Assembly: GCA_016618085.1 (NCBI GenBank) | Contig: JABLTG010000015.1 | Coordinates: 169,821-189,820 of the forward strand | Length of the DNA stretch: 20,000 nt | Source: Neovahlkampfia damariscottae | Taxonomy: Eukaryota | Reading direction: 5' to 3' | Shown: positions 1 to 10,070 of the stretch, in pieces | Numbering within the stretch: the first letter of the stretch is position 1 | Layout: every line of letters starts with the position of its first letter | Made by a program: the position numbers and the translations under genes | The notes under the pieces: model-generated | Told to the model about the DNA's origin: nothing | Database searches by the model: none | The model's input: the letters and a program-made list of their open reading frames with translations, nothing else

Positions 1-1149
1 TGAACATGTGATATTTGTGAAAATATTCCAAAAAATATACCAGATGTTGATTCTGTGACAAGATGTAAATATAATGTTGTGAAAATTCCTTGTCCTAAAA
101 TGATTGGTAAAACAATTCTATGAAAAAAGTAAATTGATTTTCCACCATAAAAACGTATTTTTTGAATTAAACCAGTGTCATTGATTACAATATTTTCCAT
201 TCTTCCTCTTGAAAAACTATAAAAATCATCAAGTTTCATTTGTGCTGTAATGAATGGATAAATAAAAGGTTGAAACCAAGTTGGTGGAACGAATCCTCTA
301 ATTCTATATCTTTCAAGTGGTTCATGAGGTGAACATTTGTAAATTCCAATATCTGGATCAACACCTGCAACATTTGTCCAAATATGGTGCTAAAAACAGA
401 GTTAAAAGAAAAACTTTTTTACTCCAAAAACATGTCTGTGAATCCAAACATACATAGAATGACCTGTTACCCATTCACCATAAATTCCAAAATATTTCCA
501 AAGACTTGAGTTCTTTGAGTAACTTGAGTGAGACATGTCATGCCACAAATGTACCATACTAAAAAGTTAAACTGACTTAACTTTACCTCAAATGATGAAA
601 AACACCTCCCATAAATGCAAAGAAAATTCTTTTCCAAAAGCTAATGTTGGTGTACATACTTAAATAGTATGATAATAACATTCCTCCAAGAATAAAGATT
701 GTGTTGAAAATTACAAAATTGTTGATCACTCTTGTATCTTTGATTTTATTTTTTTTGAAGTGTTCTTCAACTCTTTGTTTCATTGCTGTAAAAAAAAAAA
801 AATTAATGAAATCTTTTGTTCAATTTACTTGTATAGAATCCAGTTTCTCCAGAGTATGGTGGAAATCTGTATGATTCAATCTCTCCGACACAAGGACACT
901 TTTCAGTTCCTAAAGTTTTTTTTGAGTCAAGTTTATGGTAAGATTCAAATAAATAGGTGACTTCCTTTCCAGCAACATAATTTATCAAATCAGCTCCACC
1001 TGGATGTGATGTTTTCCAGTTTGTGACATCATAAACTTTTCCATAGAGACTAAGATAAGCTTTAGAGGCATTTTAGAAAAGAAAAAAAAATGAAAACCAT
1101 CATCAGGTTTATTGTGTTTTTGAACTTCTTCCCAAGTGAATTTTTTCAT
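1..1149 (-). CDS. Cytochrome b5-fused front-end fatty acid desaturase (delta-5/delta-6-like), 3' part outside window
   Basis: Spliced exons 1149-1098, 1059-829, 785-587, 558-423, 389-<1 (GT-AG introns of 38, 43, 28, 33 nt) give one open frame: MKKFTWEEVQKHN...GKVYDVT...HPGG (cyt b5 heme motif)...WHDMSH...HVFGHHIWTN (His boxes 1 and 2)...DPDI. Confidence 0.93.
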
Positions 1150-1236
1150 TGCCTTGACAAATTGAAGGTGAAATAAACCAATAAGTGATAGTTATTCGTT
1201 CGGAGAATTTTCATCCAATGAATATAATTCCAAAAA
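1150..1236. promoter_or_regulatory. Putative 87-bp bidirectional promoter with two CCAAT boxes
   Basis: Divergent ATGs at 1149 (-) and 1237 (+); CCAAT at 1178-1182 and 1215-1219. Confidence 0.55.
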
Positions 1237-3615
1237 ATGAAGAAGGTGGAAAAAAGAGTTGATGATTTATTGAGTCTTTTTGAAGAGGACAAACATACAA
1301 AAACGATAAAAAATGTTGAAAATTTGAGAGAATTATTCAAGGAAGCTTCATCTTCTCACAACAAACTGATGTTGAATTCTTTTGTTGAAAATTTGGAAAA
1401 AATAGCTGTTAGTTATGAAAAACTATTACATATTATGACTAAAACATATCAAGAAAAATATAATTTGACTAAAAAGAATTTGGAAATTATTTTAAAAGTA
1501 AAACATGTTGATGTCCTTCCTCTTTTAGAATTTGAAGAAATATCAAAAGAAGAAATTGAATTTTTGTTTGTTAATTTATTAAAAGAAATTGAATTTGATG
1601 AAAAATTGGACACCAAAGAATTCATTAAAAAGTTAAAAAATCTTCCAGATAGTTTGTTGGAATTGAAAGTGAACTTGAAAGCCTTAAATTCTCCAATGCT
1701 TTTAAATATTCATAATTTATCATTAGAGCTTCGTAAGATTGGAAAATACTAACTTTTAAAGACCACAACAGACTTGAAATTGAAAGAATCTTGCTGTTGA
1801 AAATAAAATTTCAACAATTGGATCGGCTATATTTCTTGGGTGTTATATTGAAATTTATGTTTGAAAGAAAGCTTTTTATGATTTCAAAATCAAAAAAATT
1901 GGTAAATTCTACATTGGTTTCTGACAAATAAAATTGTAGGAAAATTCAACATTAAAATTATTTGAAGATTCAACTAAATACAATCCCAGTGACATCGGAT
2001 TTGAAGGTATTTTATCACCTCAATTCCTGAGCAACTATTTTCAAAGCATTTCTCTTTTGAAAGATATACAAAATTGGCATCTTCCAAAATTCCAAAATGT
2101 ACTGACTCAATTGAACACAACCTCTGACGATTCAACACAGAATAAAGTTAAAGAAATATCATTAAATATGGAAGGTTTTATCAAAAATGATGAAATAAAA
2201 TCATTCATTAATGATCATTTGAAATATGAATCACCAGAATTACTTAGAAAATCCTTAATTTTAACATTATTTAAGATGAAAAATACGAAGAAAAATCAAA
2301 AAAAAGTTGAAGCCAAACTGGATGAATCAATTCAGAAAGTATCCAAAATAGTTATGGATAGTATTCAATCTTATTCAGTTAATGATGAGAAGGATTTGTT
2401 TGAGTTCAAATTATCAACAATTAAATCAATTGGATTATGGAAATCGTTGAAATATGCAAAGAAAAATTTTCTCAAACAATTGGACAAATTACCTGATCGA
2501 TACCATGAAAAACTTGCTGAATTTCTAGAATGTGAAATGACAAATTCTGGGATTTTTTCTTCTTCAAAAAGGTTTGAAAACTTGATGAATAGTATAAATA
2601 TGTCACTGGAGGAGACTTGTTTGTTGATTTTACAACGAAAAGATTTCCATATTTCAGTTTCAAAATTTTCTCAGAACTTTGAATTTTGGTGCTCAAAAGC
2701 GAGGAAATTTTCATTTTTCCCAGAATTAACTGAAGAAGAAGTTGAAGAAGAAGTAAGGATTCATCCATTAACCTATAGGATTATACCTACTTGGTGTCAT
2801 TGTTCTGTGAATATTTGAAAGATTTTCTACCAAAACACAAACATAAAATTTGCAATAAAATTCAAGAAATAAGTAAAAAGATATTCTATCCTGAGTATAT
2901 CAATAGAAAAGAATTTGAAGAATACAATCATTTCACCAGGAAAATGTTTGATGATTCTGTGAATCAAATGTTAAAAGAAATCCGAAAAAAACCAAAAGAG
3001 AATATATTTATTGCTTTGATTGGCGAAATTAAGTTTTTACAAGATTTTATAGCACAATTATTGGTAGCTCCTTCGAAATCAATCATTCAAAAAATCATCA
3101 AACAATCAAAAGATGTGTACGATGGAAAAATTGAAAGTAAAAAATTTGACAAACTAAAATAATTAGAACCTAAATTTGAGTATTTAGTTGAGAAAGAAAT
3201 TGAAAAAAGGAAGAAAAAACAAAAAAGAAAAGATATTCCTACTGAAAAAGTTGAGAAAAAAGCAGATGAAAAAGTCGAAGAAATTAAAGATTCAACAGAG
3301 ATGTTAGTTGAAACAAAGCCTGATATTAAGAAAATTGGAAAGATTTTAATGCCATTACCTTATACAATCGAAGAAATAAAATCAAAATTCACGAAAGAAA
3401 CAGTACTAGATGTTGAACAAAATTTCAAATTTTCAAATGATTTTCAAAATCAAATGTATCAAAGAATTTATCAGTACAGAAATGAAAAGGAAAGTCAAGA
3501 GAATGAAAAGAAAATAAAAGAAGTGAAACTGTTTTTGAAGCAAAAATTGAATGAAAATCCATTAACTCAGAAAGAAATCAATAGAAGGAAATACTGGGAA
3601 TCAGTCAATGAATAA
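1237..3615 (+). CDS. Hypothetical ~751-aa charged, probably helical protein
   Basis: Four GT-AG introns (1733-1761 containing TACTAAC, 1902-1939, 2753-2778, 3137-3166) join four track ORFs into one 2256-nt frame. No family recognised. Confidence 0.8.
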
Positions 3616-3861
3616 GTGTATGAATGGTGTTCGTTTGTTTCATTTGTACTACTGAATTATGCAAATATTTATTAACAATTTCAATGAAGCTTATTCAATG
3701 ATACTTTAGATGGTGAATCGTTTTAATAACGTTGGTTTTGCTTCAATTTCAAAAAGAAGAGAAATTCAATTTCAATGATTGATTGGAAGTATCTAACTTT
3801 TTTAATTGGTCCATTAATTTTTAAAACAATCACAATTCCTCAAGTTCATTCAGAATCAAAG

Positions 3862-4436
3862 ATGCAAGAAATTGATGGACAACCTGACAGAGAACTTGAA
3901 CAAAAAAAAAGAGCTCAAGAACAATTAAAAAAATTTTACCCGTTCACATTAGTATCTTCAGGCTTATTAGTAAGAAATGATTTAATTTTTTTAACACTCA
4001 GCTTTTTGCATCAGGAATGATGTTATTCACATCCATGATGAGAATAAACTCTATGGATCGTATGCTCCCAGGAATCTTGGCAAAAAAAACTGGAACCATT
4101 GTTGCTCAAATTCCAGAAGGAAAGTTATTTTTTTATGATATAAGTTATTCTGTTGCACCAAATGTAACAAAAGTAGGAAGACCTGAAGAAGCTATTGCTA
4201 TAAATTATAAAATTAACGATAAAATTAATATTTATGTAGGAGATAAAGGATCATTGTATTATCATCAAATTAGAGGTTTTGAAATTTTCTGGGTATTTAT
4301 GTTTATTTTTACATTTTGTGTTCCTGTTATTTGTTGTATACCTTGTGTAGGTTTGATTTCAATATCCATTTTTTTATTTATTCAACAACATCGAAATAGA
4401 AACAAAAATATTGAATTATATGGTGATCTGAATTAA
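3862..4436 (+). CDS. Small 2-TM membrane protein (~180 aa), DUF3592-like topology
   Basis: Intron 3970-4001 joins ...SSGLL to LFASGMM...; hydrophobic segment, beta-rich loop (TGTIV...YDISY...YKINDKINIYV), then a Cys-rich hydrophobic segment. ATG 3862 is preferred over 3775 because ATTGG boxes lie at 3782 and 3805. The DUF3592 resemblance is from motif memory. Confidence 0.7.
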
Positions 4437-4577
4437 TATGTATCATTAAATTTTATTATTTCTCACTAAAAATTTTCAAATTTGACTTCCAATCAATTTT
4501 ATCCGCCAATCAAATCTTCAACTATTTTTTTTTGTTAATTTTCACTCTGTTAAGTTAGTTAATTCCTTCTCAAAAAC

Positions 4578-5203
4578 ATGTCGACCTTAAAAGAGTTCAA
4601 TGAAAATGAAGAAGAGGTAGCTGCTATATTTCAAACTGAAGATGAACCTTTTCAAAGACAAACTGCACAAAGGTTTTCACATATTTCAACAATTCAAAAA
4701 GTAAATTTGTGTTTTTGGATGATATGCTGGAATTTACCTCAATTTATAGTTGCTATTGTTTTATGTGCTCTTTACTTCAGAACTTGTATAGAACAAACGA
4801 TTTGGATTTTGATTTATGTTTCGCTGAGTATGTTTGAACCGATGATTTTTTTGATGTTTTATTTTTGTCCATATAAGACAACTTCATTGCTATCCAGATT
4901 AGGTGGCTTCTTTGCTTTTTTAATTAAAGGAGGTAACGTTATTTTATATTTGATTTATTTTTTGAAGGTATTTTGATCTGGGGCATAATTTGGACAATTT
5001 TTTACGCAGAAACTGGATGTGTTCATTTAGTTAGATTAGAGATTGTTTATTTGATTTTAGGTGTTTGTGGTATTTCTTTTGTTAGTTGTAATTGTTTAAT
5101 CCTTTGTTTACGAGAGACGTCTTTTCTTGGATCTTCAAATTTAGATTCAATTTTACAAAAAGTACCAGAATGGAGAGATAATAAATATACGAATCTTGAT
5201 TAA
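4578..5203 (+). CDS. Hypothetical 4-TM membrane protein (~196 aa)
   Basis: Intron 4933-4967 joins ORFs 4578 and 4973 in frame; four hydrophobic stretches with flanking Cys; CCAAT at 4489 and 4506. Confidence 0.8.
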
Positions 5204-5217
5204 AAAATTAGTTTTTT

Positions 5218-5667
5218 TTATTCTTTTGTTGAAAGCATTAAACTTTCAATTAATGAATAGTCATTTTTTGGTATTTGTCTCATTCCATTTCTTACTTCAA
5301 TGCCCCATTTATCTTTATTCTTTATAAATTCTAACTGGTCTAATATGCTTTTGATTGAAACGTCTTTTGTTGATTTTTCGAAATCAACAGTTCTTCGAAA
5401 AAAAGTTCTTTCTGAAATTTTGGAAGTGGTTAGTTCATCACTATTGAATGTTCCTAAAGCTGTAAATGACATCAATTTGTTTTCTTTGGATGTATTTTCA
5501 AATTGGTTTTTGGATGAATAGAAAACAACTTTGTCGCCTTTTTTTGGTTTGGAAATCCATGTTTTCTTTCCATGACAAGCTTGAGCAAACCCTTTCTCTG
5601 TTCCTACTTTAACGTGGTCTTTTGATGCGACAATTAACCAGAACTTCTTTGCTGTTGTTTCTTTCAT
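5218..5667 (-). CDS. EVE domain protein (PUA-like; bacterial UPF0310-type)
   Basis: Intronless 149 aa: FWLIVASKDHV..G...GFAQACHGK......KKGDKVVFYSSK...FTALG...FFRRTV.F...L.FIKNKDKWG...R.G...I...DY, the typical EVE pattern. Confidence 0.88.
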   Translation of the reverse strand: MKETTAKKFWLIVASKDHVKVGTEKGFAQACHGKKTWISKPKKGDKVVFYSSKNQFENTSKENKLMSFTALGTFNSDELTTSKISERTFFRRTVDFEKSTKDVSIKSILDQLEFIKNKDKWGIEVRNGMRQIPKNDYSLIESLMLSTKE

Positions 5668-6201
5668 TTTGTTTTTGTAAAAGGTTGTTTCATTGGTTAA
5701 ATAGTTTAACGTATTTTCCAGAATATAAAATGAATGGTGTGCTTGTTAAAAAAAGATAAAGTCCAACCTGAAAAAAAGGATATCAACTCACTGTTAAAAT
5801 ATTTTAGAAAAAAGTTCAATCAGTCAGAATTCAAAAATACAACATCAAACACAAAATAAAAACATGAAAGTGAATATCCTTCTGAAGATTTAGGAAAATG
5901 AATTTTTAAAGTTGAAGAGTGGTGTTTCAAAAAGAAAATTTTTATCTCATTCAGGTGCTACTAATCACATGACTAAAAAAGCAAGTGTTGGCATGGAGGA
6001 AAATTTGGATATGACTTTTTTTGAAATCAAATTCAGAACAAATGGTAAACAAGTGTAATTTTTTTTAATGAAAAGAGAGTGAATTTTGGCCAAATGTAAA
6101 AATTTCACCATGAAAAACTGGACCAGAACAAAATTCTTTTTAGAACAAAAAGAAATCAGAAAAATAATAAATAAAACTCTTCTCTTGTTCCAATCAAAAC
6201 C

Positions 6202-8410
6202 ATGAAACAATTTACCAATCGTCTCATTAAAGAAAAATCTCCGTATTTACTTCAACATTCCAAAAATCCAGTAGATTGGTACCCATGGGGTGAAGAAGCT
6301 TTTAAGAAATCAAAAGATCTCAACAAACCAATTTTTTTAAGTAAAAAAAAAAAAAAATTAAAACAAAGGCATTGGATACTCAACTTGTCATTGTAAAAAA
6401 AAAAAACAAAATAACAAAAATAAGGGTGCCATGTAATGGAAAGAGAATCCTTTGAAAATGAAGATGTTGCAAAAATAATGAATGAATGTTTTGTCAATGT
6501 GAAAGTAGACCGTGAAGAAAGACCTGATGTTGATAAAGTTTATATGAACTTTGTACAATCATTGACAGGAAGTGGTGGATGGCCTTTAAGTGTTTGGATA
6601 AGTCCAGGATTAAAACCATTCTACGGAGGAAGTAAAACAAAAGAAAGATTAAAAAAAAACAGCATATTTTCCTCCTGTTTCAAATTATGGAAGACCAAGT
6701 TTTTCAAACATCTTAACTCATATATCAAATTTATGGAAAACAAAGAAAGAAGAATTAGTTGAAGAATCAAATCAAATTTTAGAACAATTACAAAAATCAA
6801 CAAAAAAAGTATCTTTAAAGACACCTTATGAAACACCAGATGAAATTTTAAATCATGCAAAAGAAGAAATCATGGAAGAATATGATTCTAATGAAGGTGG
6901 TTTTGGAACATTTCCAAAATTTCCAAGACCTGTTATATACAATTTCTTGTTCAGAATATCAAATTTAGACGATGATTTATCAAAAGCATGTTTATTTACA
7001 CTTGATAAAATGTCACAAGGTGGTATGTATGATCATATTGGAGGTGGTTTTCATAGATATTCAACAGATAAATATTGGCATATTCCACACTTTGAAAAAA
7101 TGATGTATGATCAAGCACAATTGATTTCATCATATTTAGATGCTTATCAAATAACAAAGAAGAAAATTTATTCTTTGAAGGCAAAAGAAATTTTACAATA
7201 CTGCTTGAATGAAATGAGATTTGAAAATCGAGTTTTTTTTTCTGCTGAAGATGCTGATTCTTTACAAAAACCAGAAGATAAATATAAGTTAGAAGGTGCT
7301 TTTTATGTTTATACAAAGCAAGAAATTGATGAAATTTTGAAAGAAAACTCTGTGAAATTTTGTAAATTATTTGGTGTTAAAGAAAATGGAAATGTCAATC
7401 CAACAAGTGATCCACATGGTGAATTGAAAAATCAAAATGTTTTGTACTTGAAAAATAATGATTCTGATTCAAAGGATATCAATGAAATGAAAAAATTATT
7501 ATTTGAATTTCGTTCAAAAAGACCAAGACCTCATTTAGATGATAAAATTTTAACTTGTTGGAATGGTATGATGATTTCTGCTTTATCAAAAGCATCTCAA
7601 GTTTTCAACTCAGATACTTATTTAAAAGATGCATTGAAAGTTGCAAATTTCATCAAAACAGAATTATTCAAAGATGGAATATTGTATAGAGTTTATCGGG
7701 AAGGACTTTCACCAATTGAAGGATTTCTTTCAGATTATTCTTTTTTAGTTAAAGGATTACTAGATTTATATGAAACATCTGCAGATTTGAATTGGTTAAA
7801 TTGGGCCATGGATCTTCAAGATCAACAAATCAAATTGTTTTATGATGAAAAAGAAGGTGCATTTTTTGACACTAATGGAAAAGATAAATCAATTTTAATT
7901 CAATCAAAAGATTGTAAGTCACTTGTTTTTTTAATAAATTTCATAGATTATGATGGTGCTGAGCCTTCAGCTAATTCAATTGCTTTAATGAATTTGATTC
8001 GTTGTCATGCTATTTTGAAAGATGAAAAATATTTGAAATTATATAAACAATCCATTCAATACTTTGATATTTACATGAGAAAAGCACCTACTGCTGTTCC
8101 TGAAATGTTATGCTCATTCAAACAATACTCCAAACCTGGTAAAACGATTATCATCTTGTATTCATCAGATACTGATTTTAATGATAGTTTGAATGAATAT
8201 TTGAAGATTATTCATTCAAAATATATGCCTGATAAATCAATTATTTTTTGGAACAAAAAAAATTCAAAAGTTGATCAATTCTGGATGGATAAATTGGATT
8301 TTATGAAAGATGCAAAATTGATTGATGATAAACCAACGATTTTTGTTTGCGAAAATTTCAGTTGTCAACTTCCTGTCAACTGTGTTGAAGAACTTCAAAA
8401 AATCTTATAA
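6202..8410 (+). CDS. SPATA20: Spermatogenesis-associated protein 20 / YyaL (thioredoxin-like DUF255 + alpha/alpha toroid), ~694 aa
   Basis: [103 protein letters not shown]. Introns at 6341-6368, 6393-6424, 6632-6662, 7914-7946. Confidence 0.96.
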
Positions 8411-8917
8411 ATGTTTTTTTATTTCCTTCATGGACATGAACAAACTTGTCTGATTGATAAATTTAATGATGTTGAAAAAATTGACTTGAATTTCTGGATT
8501 CTTTCATTAACTGTATTTTTTTTTGACTATTTCCATCAATGATATACAAAGACAAAATGATGAGGTAAATTTCATTTTCAATAAAAAAAAATTTTCATTT
8601 TACAATTTTCTTTAAGTAAAATTTCTTTTTGATGATTTTTTTATTTGTTTAATTTTCTTATTTGGTTTTGAACATTATTCACTCTGCAAGAATTAAAAAA
8701 AGTTGATGAAAATGAATTATTTTTATTGGTCAAACTGATTTTGAGAAAATTTAACTTGCAAGAAAAGTGCTTATTTATTCATAAAAATTATATTAAAATT
8801 ACTCTTAGTTCAAAATTGAACCTTTTTGATTTTCGACCAATAATTTCCTTTATATAAAAAATCTTTACTTTGACCAATCGACTTGCTTCACCAAAAAAAT
8901 TTCTATAAAGTTAAACA

Positions 8918-9943
8918 ATGAGCGTTGCGTCTGGAAAATCTAACGTTTTACAACCTACTGATTATGATATGCAAATGATGCTTGCATGTGAAGTTCACCA
9001 AGGAAGTAAAAATCTTGAAAAACAAATGGAAAAGTATGTTCACAAAAGAAAACAAGATGGTAAGAATTTAAAACAAAGTTAACCAAAAAAACAAAGGAAT
9101 TCACGTTTTAAATCTTGCAAAAACATGGGAAAAATTAATGTTAGCTGCACGTGCTATTGTAACTATCGAAAACCCAGCTGACGTTGCTGTTATCTCATCA
9201 CGTGAATACGGACACAGAGCTGTTCTCAAATTCGCTCACTATACAGGAGCTCATCATATTGCTGGAAGATTTATGCCTGGTACATTTACAAATCAAATTC
9301 AAAAAAATTTTGTTGAACCAAGATTAATCATTGTTACAGACCCAAGAGCTGATCATCAGGTAAATACTAAAACAAGTTCAAAAAGTCAAATTTTCTTCTT
9401 TTTCTTTCAAAGAAGGTCTCAAATGATTACAAACAAATAGTTGCTACTGTTGAACCAAAGATGTAATACAAAAAATTTCATAATGATGTTACCTTTTGTT
9501 GAAAGAGAAAAAGTTGAATTTTTGATTTTTTGAACTTTAAGAACAATTTCTAATACTTTTTTTAGGCTATTCGTGAAGCTTCATACCAAAACATTCCAGT
9601 TATTGCTTTCTGTGATGCTGATTCACCACTTAAATTTGTAGATGTAGCTATTCCATCAAATCAATCATCAAAACAATCAATTGCTATCATGTACTGGTTA
9701 TTAACACGTGAAGTTTTGAGATTAAAAGGAGAAATCTCAAGAAAAACTCAATGGGACGTCAAACCAGATCTCTTCATGTTTAGAGAAGAAGAAGAATCAA
9801 AACAAAACAAAAAAGAAAACAAAGAAGATGAAGTTGATCAAACTGTTGCAACAGAAATTGTAGGAGGAGAAGGAATCGAAGCAACTGAACAAGATGATTC
9901 AATGTTCGCATCTTCAGAAAATACAGAATTTTTCCAACAATAA
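8918..9943 (+). CDS. RPSA: 40S ribosomal protein SA (uS2), 260 aa
   Basis: Exons 8918-9059, 9097-9359, 9566-9943. Motifs [69 protein letters not shown]; acidic C-terminal tail. Confidence 0.98.
9374..9537 (+). repeat. Long imperfect inverted repeat enclosing the snoRNA
   Basis: 9374-9390 pairs with 9521-9537 (17 bp, one G-U); 9399-9410 with 9499-9510; 9411-9417 with 9491-9497. Confidence 0.88.
9413..9495 (+). ncRNA. Intronic box C/D snoRNA, U24/U76(SNORD76)-type guide for LSU rRNA Am1449 (yeast numbering)
   Basis: Box C ATGATTA 9423-9429; guide AATAGTTGCTACT 9436-9448; D' TTGA 9450-9453; box D ATGA 9483-9486; terminal stem AAGGT 9413-9417 / ACCTT 9491-9495. The guide is antisense to the conserved LSU segment AGUAGCAAAUAUU (recalled, one difference), and the D'+5 rule lands on the A of UAGC. 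Confidence 0.82.
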
Positions 9944-10070
9944 ACGTTTATTAAATTTTTAAAATCCTCTTAACTAAGTTGTTTTCTTTTTTTTTTTTTG
10001 CACTCATTTGTTTTTAAAAAGTTAATAAAACAACTTTTTCGTTTTTACAAAGTGATTGGATAAATTTTCA

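Noticed and set aside
3620..5740. 11-mer ATGAATGGTGT in two intergenic regions (3620 and 5730)
   Set aside because: Similarity does not extend; plausible by chance in 20 kb of AT-rich DNA.
8558..8740. Perfect box C (ATGATGA, ~8558) as a second snoRNA
   Set aside because: The nearest CTGA is ~175 nt away across low-complexity A/T sequence; no terminal stem or recognisable guide.
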